From positions 1,079,988 to 1,143,987 of the forward strand of contig MU053588.1 of NCBI GenBank assembly GCA_013239625.1: a stretch of DNA of 64,000 nt, read 5' to 3'. The notes beneath the pieces are model-generated. The model was not told the origin of the DNA. It worked only from the letters and a program-made list of their open reading frames with translations, and did not search any database. How positions within the stretch are numbered: the first letter of the stretch is position 1; the number at the start of each line of letters is the position of its first letter. The position numbers and the translations under genes were made by a program. Positions 20,370 to 38,141 of the stretch are shown in pieces. Origin of the DNA: Lama guanicoe (lineage: Eukaryota).

Positions 20370-20529
20370 TGATCCCAAGGGCAGGGGGTCAGGGGATCAG
20401 TTCAGCCAACACCGCCCATCCCTGTGTGCCTGAGAGAATCCCCAGGTGTTGGAGTGTGTATTTATTGAGAGGATTTATTGCTATGAGCAAAGTGTGCATT
20501 CAACTCAGTAAATTGGTAGGAAACAGAAT

Positions 20530-21010
20530 GAGTTAGTTAGGATATTAGGTCCATGGCTCTAACAAAAGACACTAAATTGCTGTAGCTTAAACCGGATAGA
20601 AGAGTATTTCTTTTTTGTGTAACAGTCTACTTGTAAGTGGATCATAATGTCAGAATCCCAGATTCCTTCCATCTTGTTGCTCTGCCATCCTTGAAATACT
20701 CCCTTTATCCGTATGGTCCAAGATGGCGCACCATCACCTCCTCATTCTAGTGGATAGGAGAGGAAAAAAAGTAGACGACAGCACCTCAGTTCTTTTAAAG
20801 GAACAACCTAGAAGTGGCCAACATCACTGTCACTCACACTAATCCTATTGGCCAGAACTTATGATATGGCCACATGTCACTGCAAGGAAGACTAGTAAAG
20901 TAGCCTTTATTCTGAGAGATCATGTGTTGAGCTAGGTATTGAAGGTCTATTACTAGGAAGAAGAAAAGAGCAGAAAGAAGGTAAGAACAGATATTGGGAA
21001 TCAGTTAGCA
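20530..21010. mobile_element. MLT1-like (MaLR) LTR relic
   Basis: ttccatcttgttgctctgccatc, ctattggccagaact...atggccaca...ctgcaaggaagact; similar relics at about 32210-32540, 34140-34460 and 44200-44660. Confidence 0.55.
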
Positions 21011-21980
21011 GTGTCTAATGTATTTGTCTTACCAAATGGCACCTATGGTGTGTGACTTAGCCTGGGATCTTGTGGCATGGTGCATTCTCTGTGTAACATG
21101 CTGTTGTCAGTGAGAACTAGGCAAGATGAAACACCTGGTAGGGAGTCATGACATACGTGTTCAAATACTCAAAACACCTTACAGGATGTGGCCTGGGCCA
21201 TGGTGGAGGCAGGGAAGGACAGGAGGGGCTGGTGGAAGAGATGTTTAGGAGGCTGAGGAGATAGCCATGGAGGGGAGGTATCCAGAGTGAGGCCCTGGCC
21301 TGGGCACCTGGGGACAGTGGGGGTCTCCATGACACAGACTTGAGGAAGTAGCTGGTTTGGAGGAGATGCCGAGGTCAGTTTGGGATTCGGTGGCTGTGAG
21401 GGACCTGGGGGATGGATACCTGGGGGAGGCATCCAGGACGGGCTGTGGGGACTGAGGGACAGTCTCAGCTCACTGCTTATTTGAAATGGATAAAAGTAAG
21501 AAAAGTAGCACGTGGATGGGGTTCTTCCTCCGCTCCAACATTTTATTTTGAAATTTTAAAAACATACAGAAAAGTAGAAGAGAATTATTAATCATTCGCC
21601 CCACTTGTTTTACCTTTCACTTTATGGGTGAAAGTGTCTACAAACTTTTTGTTGAACTTTTGAATGTGAGTCACACACACAGCAACACCTAATCCCTAAA
21701 TATTCAGCCTGCAACGCCTGGAATATGAACCTTCTCTCATGTTACCACAACATCAGTATCACACTTAACTTGACAGTAGCTCAATATCCCTTTTACCTCA
21801 AAATATCTTTGATTTTTTTAAAATTCAGAATTCAGTGAAATTAGATTTTTTAAAAATTCAGAATTCAGTGACATTTCTCTTGCTGCATTTGGTTGTTTCA
21901 TCTCTGTCATCTCTTTTCAATCTACAACAGTCCCCCTACCCTCTTTTTGTGTCATGACATTTATGAAGTTGATGCGTTGT

Positions 21981-22070
21981 TTTTTTTTTTTTAAATGGAG
22001 GGACGGGGGATTGAACCCTTGGACCTCCTGCATGCTAGGCACGTGCTCTACCACTGAGCTACATCCTCCC
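21981..22070 (-). mobile_element. Vic-1-like SINE
   Basis: poly-T followed by aatggagggacgggggattgaacccttggacctcctgcatgctaggcacgtgctctaccactgagcta. Confidence 0.8.
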
Positions 22071-22483
22071 GTGTGAAATTGACAAGGTTCTTAACCTAGC
22101 CCTCTTGGGGTATAACCAAGATTGAAGTCAGGGTTGGATGTTTGCATTTTTCTGGAGAGAGTGTCCATTGCTATCATCAAAGAGATCCATGACTTCTCTC
22201 CAAGGAAAGAGTAACCACTAGCCTTCATTGAGTGCCGGCTGTGTGCCCTGTTCCAACTGCTTTCGGCGGATTAATTTATTTAATCCTCAGGACAACCCCT
22301 TGGGGAAGATGCTATCATTATCCACATTTTACAGATCGGGAAACTGAGGTCAATAGAGAGTTGGTACTTGGTTAAGTCACAAAACTAGTTAATGTCAGGC
22401 CCCGCTCTTACCCATTATTTGGAGACAAGGGAAGGGTTTGGGGGAGGACTGGTATGGACCCCCGCCCTCCCTCTTTCCCTCAG

Positions 22484-22565
22484 TGGATGACGTCCAGGTC
22501 TCTTGCTACCGCACGCTGTGCAGTATCTACTCTCTGGGGACCACCAGGAACCCTTACGTGGAAAA
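22484..22565 (+). CDS. RYR1: RYR1 exon 64
   Basis: ctcag|...|gtaagg, 82 nt; [26 protein letters not shown]. Confidence 0.96.
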
Positions 22566-22761
22566 GTAAGGAGAGACAGCCACAGTTTGGGGGTGGGGTG
22601 GATCCTGTGGGGGCTCAGGGAAGGGAGGGCACAGGAGAAGACGGGGGAGGGGGGGGTGAGGGAAAAGCCAGAAGATGGCCAGTCTTCAAAAGACATGCGC
22701 ACTGTGGCGACTGCAGTTCCTAAATACGGCCACGTGAGGGCGCTCGGAGGAAGGCCAGTGA

Positions 22762-23992
<1,231 letters not shown>

Positions 23993-24689
23993 TGAGGTGG
24001 GTGCATGGGTCCTAGGAGTCCTCCAGGCTGGGTTCTGAATTTCTGAAGCCTTGGAAAAGGTTAGGTCAGGGGTTAGGAGCTGGGTCGGTGGGCCGAGATC
24101 CTTACACAGAGGGTCAGAGGATCAGCTCACACATCAGGGTTCTGATATGGACAGTTAGGGGTCTAGGTCAGAGGTCAAGAAACGAGTCTTTAAAGCATTC
24201 AGAGTCCTGTTTCAGAAGCTCCACGTCAGGACTTGAGTTTTGGATTAGGACAAAGCTAGAGATCGAGGGGGGGTCATAGGCTAGGGTCAGAGGTCAAAGA
24301 CTGTAGTAAGAAGCCAGAGGTCATAGAAATCACATGGTGAGGAAAGTCTGGGTATAGGCCAGGTCAGAGGTTAAAGACTGGAGTAAGATGGAGTGGGCTA
24401 AGGTAAGATACGGGGTTAGGATTCAGTTGTTGCGGTCAGAGGTCAAGAGGTTGTGTCAGCCTGGGGTCATGGTTTCAGGTCAAGGGTTATGGTTGGGATC
24501 AAAGTTCAGGAGCTATGTCAGAGGTCACAGCCAGAGGTCGGGAAGTCAGAGGTAGATGCTGGGGTCAGAAACCAGTGTCAGGCTGAGGTTGATGATAGCT
24601 GCTGGGTCCAAGGTACAGGTCGGGAGTCATGGGATGGGAACAGAGGTCAGGGGTGGGCTCAGAGGTCATAGGTCAGGTGCTGGTGTTAG

Positions 24690-25025
<336 letters not shown>

Positions 25026-26188
25026 TGAGTCCCATCTGACATCTCTCTTCTGACTCACTGTAAACTTCCTGCAATTCCCACTTGATCTCACCCAACCTTC
25101 TGGCCCCCTGTGGCTTCTACTCCAGTAAAAGCCAGCCTGCCTGTTTGCTCCCCTCCTGCTCCTTTAAATCGCCAGAATCTGAGGTCCTGGGAGGGTGGCC
25201 ATGTCAGCCACTAGGAGTCCCAATTTTCCCCTCCAGTACTGTGTCTCCAGGCTTGGGTAGAGGAGGGTCTGATTTGTGCAGTGCAGTCCAATGGTCAGGC
25301 CTTCCTCCCTCACTGAGAGAAGAAAGGAAGATAGCCCAGATCTGGCCAGCCCAACTTACCCCAGAAACATAGGTCTTTATAAAAGGGCAAGAGCAAGTAG
25401 CGACCAAGTGCTAACATCCTCCTAAAATCCGAAGCACTGTTTAAAGAATTATTGACTCCTAGGTGCAGCCAAATCCAGGGATAGTGAATAGGTTTCAACT
25501 CCAAGTTCCATCCTGGTTGAAAAAGATTTTAAGGCTATACTGGGGCTTTGTAGAGGAAGGGTGCTCTCTGATTGATTAGCTATGTCTGTCATGGGAGTGG
25601 AAGTGGGAAGTGGTGGTATGCACGCTGTATACATCCTTGCACATCCATCTGTGTGTTCATGAGTGGGTTATTGCTATAGGGTAAATTCCTAGGGGTAGGC
25701 ATGCTGGGTTGAAGAGTTTGGACAAGTAAAGTGTGGTATATTCACCCGGTGGACTACTACACGGCAAGAAAAGTGAGCAGACTATTGCAACACCCAACAA
25801 CATGGGTGAATCTCACAAATATCAGGTTGGATGAAAGAAACCAGAAAATTTAACACAGAGTACATAGCGTATCATCTATTTACGTAACATTCCAAAACAG
25901 ACAAAAATTATTCATGGTCTAGAAGTCAGGATAAGGGTCATCTCTCAAGAGGAGGGAAGGGTCACAGAAGTACTTCTAGGGACTGGAAATGTTCTATTTC
26001 TTGACTTGGGTGATGATTACAAAGTGTGTTCACTTGGTGATAATTCATCAAGTTGACACTTTATATGTATATTATAAAAAGAAAGAAAGAAAAAATTTAT
26101 AGGAAAAAAATGGAAGGAATGGTCATTTATAATTTTTAAATCATCTGAATGGCCAGATTACACTAGGAAGTTCTAGCCCTCCCATTGA

Positions 26189-26422
<234 letters not shown>

Positions 26423-26465
26423 TGAGAAGCTTCTGCCCAAAGATGCTCTCCCTCACCCTGTCTGA

Positions 26466-26969
<504 letters not shown>

Positions 26970-27122
26970 TAAAGAACAAATCCATCACCCTGAGTGAGGT
27001 CTGGAAATGCCCAGCTAGGGGATGCAATATTGGGGTGGGGCTGAGGGACTTGGGGGGGAGCTGGGGTTCTCAGAGGGACTAGGGTAACACTTCTTGTCTC
27101 TGTCTGCAACCTGATGAAGCAG

Positions 27123-27137
27123 GCGGGAGATGTACAG
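27123..27137 (+). CDS. RYR1: RYR1 exon 70, alternatively spliced ASI microexon (AGDVQ)
   Basis: aagcag|GCGGGAGATGTACAG|gtcagc, 15 nt, phase 0; corresponds to the known ASI segment. Confidence 0.92.
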
Positions 27138-28141
27138 GTCAGCCCCATGTCTGGGACCTTCCGCATGGCTCTCAGCTAATACCCTCTTTCCTGTGAACCC
27201 CAGCTTCTGCTCCCCCTCCAGAAACCCCTGCCCTTGTTCCCTATCCCTCGTCCTTGGCTCCCTGCCCACATCCTCTTTCTCTTCCTCCACCCTGCCTCTT
27301 GCCATCCATTCCAGTCCCAACCCTCAACTTTTGGCAGTTTAATTTTTTTTTTAACTTTCGTTTTTAAAAAAAAAAAACACCTCTCAGCTTTCCCCAAAGC
27401 ATCAGAGCATTGTGGGCTGAGGTTCCAGGGAATGGGAACAGGGGTGGGAAAGGCACGTGCATGGTGGGGTTTAAAGCCTGGGCTTTGAAATCAGACAGAC
27501 TTGGGTTAGAATCCTGGCTCTTGGCAGTTAGCAGTGTGACCTTGGGCAAGTATATTGTCCTTTTGAGCCTTGGAAGGCATCTGGCCCATGATCCCTGGCC
27601 CCAGGGTTCTGGGAGGACCCAGTGAGATGCTGCATGTGCTGGCAAACGGGTCATGCTCATTGTCATGAGCCGGCGTGTATGTGACTCTGGCCTAAGCTTG
27701 TCACTGGGGCTTCTCGTTGGCATGACTGGGGTGGCCCTGGCCACGGGTCTGCACCCAAGGCTCCAGAACACGGCTGTGGGACTCTATGCCCGGTGTTTCT
27801 GCTTCCAGATCTTTCTGGACCTCTCTTGCATCTTGTATTCCTTGTCCGTCTCAGTCTCTCAGTGTCTCTCTCTCTCTCTTTTTCTTCCAACTTCTCTTGT
27901 CTCTTGGGACTCTTTCCATTTCTACATCTTCCTTTCATTCTTGGGAACTCTGTCTTGGGATGTGGAGTGCGGGGTTTTAGGTACTGGGTGTGGGCAGGAG
28001 GGGTGTCCTACTGAAAGTTCTTTGGGGATTCTGCGAGAAGACTCCCAGAGATTGAGAAAGCCTGAAGTTGGGGGAAATCTGGAAGGATTTGGGATAGAAG
28101 TTGGGAATTTGGGATTGAGGCTTCGGTTTGGGAGGGTGTAG

Positions 28142-28645
<504 letters not shown>

Positions 28646-29894
28646 TGAGCCTTCCCCCAGGATGCTGAGGACCCCCACTTGGGATACTGTCAGAACCCTG
28701 GGACCTAAGTACCCTAACTATGACCCCACTGAAACCCAGGAAGGCCTTCAGGAACCCTACTAAACACCCCCCCCAATCTTGCTAAACCTGCTGGGACCCT
28801 GAGGACCCCACCTGAGGCACCATGAGCCACCCCAAGACTCCTCCAGGCTCTTTACCATGACTTCCCTTAATCCCTTGGGACCCACTGATCCCCTCATGAT
28901 CCCACTGGCCCTCCCATGAACCTCTGGGTTCCCACTGAGCTCTCCGGCTCACCACCTCTTTCTCTCAGGATCCTGCTGACCCCTCCCCCCTGGACTCTGT
29001 TCACACCCAACTGAGCCCCCAAAGACTCTCAGGGCCCAATGAGCACCCTGTGACCCTAATCAACTCCAAGGATCCTAATGACTTCTTCCCCAGGGCCCCA
29101 CACAAACCTCTGAGGTCTCGAAGTTTTTGAGGATCAATTGACCTTGGCCCTGAACCTTCTTAAGCCCTCTGGGACCCCAAAGAGGCCTCCTGGGATCCCA
29201 TTTACTCATTGTATGGGATAACAATCTCCCTCCCTGATCCTTTTCAGCCTCAAGGGACCCAAGAACCCCTCCCAGAACCCTGCTAAACACCCTGAGAATC
29301 TTCTAACCCCTGGAGTCCCGGAGTCCACTGGCTCTCCCTTCCCCAGAACCCTAAAAGCTCCTTCCCTCAGGACCTCAAGCTCCTTCTAGGACCTGTTCAG
29401 TCCTGCTAAGACCCCAGAGAGCCCTCTTGGGCCCCCTGACCCCTCAACTTAGTCCTTTAGTTCAGCCCCCTCTCCTGAGACCCTAAGGAACTCCCACTCT
29501 ACTGACCCCTCCTTTGGCCTCCATGTAAACCCCACTAGTGACTTGGTTGATGGGCCTGATCTCCATGACCTCTGCTGACCTTGCTGTCTCCCTTCTAATC
29601 CCCCTCACCCACCTCTGATCTTCAAAAACTCCTGTCCATCTCCCTGTTACTCCCAACCCCACCCTGGCCCTCTTCTGACCTCCTTTTTTGACCTTTGGGG
29701 ATATCCTAGGGTCACCCCTACCTCCTCTCACACCCCTATGAGGCCCCTATAATCCTGTCTCTTTGAGGTGACGATGCCCTCTCGGAGTCCTCTGTAACCA
29801 CTCCTGAGCTTTAGATCAGTTTCTGTCAGGTCCTCCCCATACAAGCCTCTCACCAGCTGCTGGGATGATGAGGCTAGAAGGGAAAGAGTTGTAG

Positions 29895-30020
<126 letters not shown>

Positions 30021-30254
30021 TAATCAGCCACTGAAGGGGCATGTCAGGGTGACAGCAATAGTCACAGCCAACTTTTGAGCATTTACTATGTACCACGCAT
30101 GGAAAGAAGGACCTTGTATTCAGTCCCCCAGTGAATCATCACTGCATTGAAAGCGGGGCGGAGCGGCTGGAGGGGCCCTAGGAGAAGCCCGGCTGAGGGA
30201 GGACGGATTTTGCGGGGGAAGCGACCTCACGCCAGCGGTGCTTTCTCCTCTCAG

Positions 30255-30392
30255 GTCGAAGGCTCCCCTTCTCTGCGCTGGCAGATGGCCCTGTACCGGG
30301 GTCTTCCGGGCCGCGAGGAGGACGCTGACGACCCGGAAAAAATCGTGCGCAGAGTCCAGGAAGTGTCTGCCGTGCTCTATCATCTGGAGCAG
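30255..30392 (+). CDS. RYR1: RYR1 exon 73
   Basis: ctcag|...|gtgtct, 138 nt; [19 protein letters not shown]...VLYHLEQ. Confidence 0.96.
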
Positions 30393-30751
30393 GTGTCTTA
30401 CTGCTGAGGGGCCGAAGCTCGGGTCTGTGGGCGGGGCAAGGGGCGGGCCTTGAAGCTGTTGAGAGTAGTGAGCCTTGAGTTTAGTGAGGCTTCGAATGGA
30501 AACTCTTCTCTGGAGGCAAGACCTGGCGCTCAATCTTTGGCTTCGGGACGGCTCCAGGGGTAGAACTTTGGCTCTGCGAATCGCGCCTGGTTGGAGACGC
30601 CTGTGGGCAGGGCTTTGGGCGGGTCTTGAGATTGGGGCGGGGCCTGGGTGATGGCCCTGGGCCTGGGGGCGGGGCCTAGAAGGAAAATTTCAGTCTGGAA
30701 GCAGAGTACAGGCTCTATTGGTGGAGACAAAGTGTTCCTTCCGCCCTGTGA

Positions 30752-30976
<225 letters not shown>

Positions 30977-31155
30977 TAAGACCCCTAGGGAGGAGAGGAG
31001 CTTGAGGGGCTGGAGGGAAAGGGTGGCTGAAGAGGCGGGAGGATGGAGTGCCAACCAGATGGGGTCTTGGAGAATGGTTAGGGGAGGCAGATGTGTGGGA
31101 GGACAGAGGGTCGTGGACGGGGAGGTCTCCGTGTCGCCTCACATCTTTCCTTTGA

Positions 31156-31470
<315 letters not shown>

Positions 31471-31516
31471 TAGGGACTCTAGAAGCCCCTTCCCCAAGCC
31501 CCACTCCTCCCCCTAG

Positions 31517-31624
<108 letters not shown>

Positions 31625-31764
31625 TGAGGACCCTCCCTAGGTCCTGGGAAAGGAACATGCTACCTTGCCCCACCCCCCGGCAACCTCCCAGTTCCTCAAG
31701 GGAGACGCTCTGTGTCCTAGGGGAGCCCCACAGCTGACCTTTCCATGTCATTTCACTAGGACAG

Positions 31765-32010
31765 GCAGAGCCACCGTGTACCATAGTGCAGGCTGTGCAT
31801 TTCACAAGGGCGTCTCCTCTGAAGGGTTCACATCACAGGCAATATCAATTTAGGCTTTTCTAGAAGAAAATATCTTGCTCAAAGGAAATCAGTTTATTAC
31901 AGGAAGAGGGGGGAATTAGTATTTTATGATGAATTTCCAGCAGATGGCAATGAGGAAGGAAGACCTTTTTCTAATTCACACAAAGGCTTCCTACGGGCTC
32001 ATGGCATTCT
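31765..32010. mobile_element. MER91-like hAT relic
   Basis: catagtgcaggctgtgcatttcacaagggcg ... tttttctaattcacacaaaggc resemble recalled MER91 ends. Confidence 0.45.
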
Positions 32011-32661
32011 TGGGATTAAACAGCAGTAATAAGGGTGCTACTGCTGCTGCTGACAATGGGCAACGTTTATCAAATGCAAATGTCAGGCATCATGCCAAGC
32101 ACTTGACAGATAGATCCTCTCACTTCATCTTCTCACTATGAGATGGATACTGTTAGCAACTTTTTGAGTGTGGACAAGGAAATGGAGGCACAGGGATTTG
32201 TTTTTCTCACAAAACATGAAGTCAGGAGGGAGAGAGTCCAGGGCTGGGCAGTGGCACAGTGACGCTGACAGGGATCCAGGCTCGTTCAGGATTTCTGCCC
32301 TGCCATTCTGAGCTGTTCCCTGGTGGGTACAAGGTGGGTGCTGAGTCTCCAGATATCACGACCATATGTCAGGCGGGAAGAAGGGGAGAGGCTTTCCTCT
32401 CAGCAAGACCGAAATCTTTTCATCCAAGGAAAGCTCTCCCTGGTGGGCTTCTGCACATATCTCATTGGCCAGAATTCTGACAGCAGGTGCCCACCAGCTG
32501 CAAGGGAGACTGGGAAGCTGAATGTTCTGTTTCCTATCCGCTGGGAGAGCAAGGACTCGAGTTAGGCTATGCAGCTTTGAATCCCAGCAGAAGCTGTGTG
32601 ACCTTGGCCAAGAGGGATCTTTGTGCCTCGGTCTCCTGATCAGTAAAATGGAGCTAGTAAT

Positions 32662-32875
32662 ACAGATAAGCCTTGAATAATGCAGGTGGTAGGGGCACTG
32701 GCTCTCCTGGTTGTCAAAAATCCACATATAACTTTATAGTTGGCTCCCTGTATCCGTGATTCTGCATCCACGGATTCAGCCAACCATGGACTGTGTAGTA
32801 CTGTAGCAGTATTTACTGGAAAAACTCACATATAAGTGGACCAATGCCATTCAAACCTATATTGTTGAAGTCAAA
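32662..32875. mobile_element. Tigger2/MER8-like TcMar element, interrupted near its end by L1
   Basis: ccttgaataatgcagg...aaaatccacatataacttt...tataagtggacc...ttcaaacctatattgttgaag; the terminus resumes as ggatcaactg at about 33955. Confidence 0.55.
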
Positions 32876-33950
32876 TATATTTTTTAAAAATTTTACTGAA
32901 GTATAGTTGATTTACAATATTGTGTTAGTTTCTAGTGTACAGCAAAGTGATTCAGTTATATATACACTCTTTTTCATATTGTTTTCCATTATGGCTTATT
33001 ACAAGATATTTGATGTAGTTTCCTGTGCTATACAGTAGGACCTTGTTGTTTATCTATTTTATATATAGTAGTGTCTCCTAATCCCAAATTCCTAATTTAT
33101 CCCTCCTCTACCCCTTTCCCCTTTAGTAACCGTAAGTTTGTTTTCTATGTCTGTGAGTCTGTTTCTGTTTTGTAAATAAGTTCATTTGTATCATATTTTA
33201 GATTCCATATATAAATGATATCATATGATATTTGTCTTTCTCTTTCTGACTTACTTTGTTTTGTATGATAATCTCTAAGACCATCTACATTGCTGCAAAT
33301 AGCATTATTTCATTCTTTTTTTGTGGCTAAGTACCATTCCATTATGTATACATATGTGTGTGTATATATATGTGTGTGTGTGTGTATATATGTACATGTG
33401 TATATATATATATGTATATGTATATATGTATATGTCACATCTTCTTTATCCATTCATCTGTTGATGGACATTTAGGTTGCTTCCATGTCTTGGCTATTGT
33501 AAATAATGCTACTATGAACATTGGGGTGCATGTATCTTTTCAAATTAGAGTTTTCTCTGGGTATATGCCCAGGAGTGGAATTTCTGGATATATGGCAATT
33601 CTATTTTTAGTTTTTTAAGGAACCTCCATGCTGTTTTCCATAGTGGTTGCACCAATTTACATTCCCGCCAACAGAGTAGGAGGGTTCCTTTTCTCCACAC
33701 CCTCTCCAGCATTTGTTGTTTATAGACTTTTTAAAAATGGCCATTCTGACCAGTGTGAAGTGACACCTTATTGTAGTTTTAATTTACATTTCTCTAATAA
33801 TTGGTAATGTTGAGCATCTCTTCATGTGCCTATTGGCCATCTGTATGTCTTCTCTGGAGAAATGTCTATTTAGGTCTTCTGCCCATTTTTTGATTGGGTT
33901 GTTTGTGTTTTTGTTATTGAGTTGTGTGAGCTGTTTGTATTTTTTGGAAG
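32876..33950 (-). mobile_element. L1 3' fragment (ORF2 end plus 3' UTR), relatively young
   Basis: Antisense L1 phrases ttgatggacatttaggttgcttccatgtcttggctattgtaaataatgct and ctggagaaatgtctatttaggtcttctgcccattttt; internal (TA/TG)n microsatellite at about 33345-33435. Confidence 0.85.
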
Positions 33951-34498
33951 TTAAGGATCAACTGTGTATCTACCTAATTGGCATACTGTGAGCATCAGTT
34001 TGTTAATACATGCAAAGCACTTAGAACAGAGACTGACCTAGAGTAAACACTCAACAGGTGTTGGTCACTACTTCTACTCTTATTAGTATGATTGTTATAG
34101 AGGAGGTCCAAGGAGTAGTTGATTATAGTTGTCAGGTGAGCCAACAGGTAGCAAGATGGTTCCTGAAGCTCCAGGCTTCCATCACACCATCACAGCAACC
34201 AGGGTGGAAAGGGAGCATCTCTATCAATAGCTTCAGCAAAACTCCCAGAATGAATTCCATTGGACCAACGTGGATCACATGACAGTCTCTAACCTATTAT
34301 TATAGCCAATAGGATAGAAAGTGCTGATTGGCTCAGCCTTGATTACATACCCAGTCTGGCAGGGGAGAATCTACTCCATCTGAACCACACAGCCTGAGCG
34401 TGGGGATAGGGGTGCTCTCCAAAGGAAAAACTGGAAGTTGTTATAAGATGGGGTTCCTGTTGACTGGGTCCTGACCATCTCCCCACTTCCTTTCTCAG

Positions 34499-34550
34499 CA
34501 AACTGGATGAAGATTACTTGTATATGGCATATGCTGGTATCATGGCAAAG
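34499..34550 (+). CDS. RYR1: RYR1 exon 77
   Basis: ctcag|...|gtgagt, 52 nt; KLDEDYLYMAYAGIMAK. Confidence 0.95.
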
Positions 34551-34669
34551 GTGAGTTCAGGGCAGGTTCCCTTCCTCCTAGCTGCAATGCCTGTCCACTG
34601 AAAGGGCTGGGGGTGGACTGAGGTATCTCCTCTGTTCACAATCATACCTAATTAATTACCCATCCCCAG

Positions 34670-34735
34670 AGCTGCCACCTGGAGGAGGGAGGGGAGAACG
34701 GCGAAGCTGAAGACGAGGTTGAGGCATCCTTTGAG
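34670..34735 (+). CDS. RYR1: RYR1 exon 78
   Basis: cccag|...|gtaggt, 66 nt; SCHLEEGGENGEAEDEVEASFE. Confidence 0.95.
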
Positions 34736-35517
34736 GTAGGTGGGATCAAGTGGTCCCGGAGGAAAGGAATGGGGGACCCTGACTTCATCATCCCCCATTC
34801 ATTCAGTTTGTGTTTGGCCCTGTGCTGGGTGATATTGGGCACAGAGCAGTGGCCAAGTTAGTGCACTGGGGAGACAGCTACATCAAACAGACAGTAACAG
34901 TGCAGAGTATTCACAGTGGTGATGAGGGAAGCTCAGGCAAGATGGTCGGCACGGGGAGGAAGCACAGGCAGAGGGGTCAGGCTGGGGAAGCCAGGGAAGC
35001 TCAGGGGGTCATGGGGACCCAGGGGATCCAGCCTCAGGGGAAGGGTTTCATGGAGAGCTTCTTGGAAGGAGGGATATCTGAGCAGAAGGATAAAATGTGC
35101 CAGTTGAAAAAAAAAAAGAAAGGTGTTCCAGGTAGGGGCACAGCATATGCGAAGGCCAGGCAGTAAGAAAGAGCCAGTAAGTACAATTACCCCATCCTTT
35201 CACTCATTAAGGTGATCAGCAAGCATTTCCCGGAGTTCCTTAACCTTTTTTGTGTTACAGTCCCCTTTGGCATCCGGTGAAGTCTGTCTCAGAATCAGAT
35301 ATTTAAATGTATAAAATGAATCCATAGCAGAGGAAACAGGCATATTGAAATAGTTAGCAAAGTATTGTTTAAAAAATTTGTGACCTAGTAATATCTGTAC
35401 TTCTTTATTCACCTACCAAACAACAAGAACTAACAGGGGGTCCAGTAGCTACTGTAAATGATAAATAGTGTGCACATAAGTGATATTTTGAGACATCTGC
35501 AAAACTAATGTGATATA

Positions 35518-35690
35518 GGGGGGAGGGTACAGCTCAGTTTCAACAGCCTCACATCCCATTTAGAATCTCAGTTAATTAAGAGGGGAGGATAGAGCTCAGA
35601 GATAGGGTGCATGCCTAGCATGCATGAGGTCCTGAGTTCAATCCCCTGTACCACCGTTAAATACACCTAATTACCTCCCCTTCTTCTCCA
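35518..35690 (+). mobile_element. Composite Vic-1-like SINE (truncated head, spacer, full copy)
   Basis: Two ggggagg..tA.agctcag heads; the second continues to gaggtcctgagttcaatcccc and the acctaattacctcccc tail; flanked by aaaa(c)taatgtgat TSD. Confidence 0.75.
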
Positions 35691-36002
35691 AAATAATGTG
35701 ATGTGGGAACGTCTGTGGTTCTTATTGTTGACCCAACCACGAGTTCTGCTAACGTTGCTCTGACTTACGGCCTCATCCCTAATGGAAGGAAGTGCTCCCT
35801 TTTAGTTAGAGGAATGGGAAACATGAAAATATAACTTTTGTCCCCATCCGTGTTCACACACCCCTGGGATTTTAGCCACTGACCCCTGGAGGTGTGTGGG
35901 CCCAAGTTAAGTCTGCTCCAAGCCCAGCCCCATGCTGGGTGCAAGAGACAATTGCAGACATAAGTCCCAGGGGATGGAAGGAGCTCACAGCTGAAGGACT
36001 GA

Positions 36003-36649
<647 letters not shown>

Positions 36650-36676
36650 TAAGAGGGGTGGGAGGTTCCTGTGTGA

Positions 36677-36955
<279 letters not shown>

Positions 36956-37250
36956 TAAGGGATGCAGAATGCCACAGACTTTAAGAATGAGTTGTATTAA
37001 GGATCCAGACAGCTGGAACCAGGAGGCTGTTGAGACTTCAAGGGGCACTCAGGCAGCAGGGAATTGGCGCCCCTTTGATGACCCCTATTCCTCTGACTCC
37101 ACTATTGTCTGTCTTTGTTCTCCTCTTGTGGCTGACTGACTTTCTCTGCTTCTCTGAAGCTTTTGCTCACTTATGGTTTGTTTCCTCCTGATTTCAGCTT
37201 TTATATATTTCATCTTCGCCCCACCTTACCTCATAGCTGCTACTGCATAG

Positions 37251-37805
<555 letters not shown>

Positions 37806-38123
37806 TAATCGAGTCTCCTCTTTGCCGTGTTGTGACGTGTCTAACCTTTCTGCCCTGATCCTTGCCTCCTGCCTCTCCGCCTCTCCCTGTCCATCTCTCT
37901 GTCTTCCCTCTTCTTTCTTCCCCTCTGCGTTTATCCTCTTCCTGTTCTCTTCCCTGCTTCCTTGCTCCTTATTGCTCTTTCTCTCTGTGGGTTGTTTCTC
38001 TGTGTCTATCTTCATCCCTGACCATGTCACTCTATGTGTTTTTCTGTCTGTCTCTCTGTCCCTTTCTGTCTCTTTTTCTCTCTTTTTTTCTGCTTCCTCC
38101 TCCCATCCTGTTGGCTGCCCCAG

Positions 38124-38141
38124 TCATCAACCGCCAGAACG
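38124..38141 (+). CDS. RYR1: RYR1 exon 83, alternatively spliced ASII microexon (VINRQN)
   Basis: cccag|TCATCAACCGCCAGAACG|gtaatt, 18 nt, phase 1; corresponds to the known ASII segment. Confidence 0.93.
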
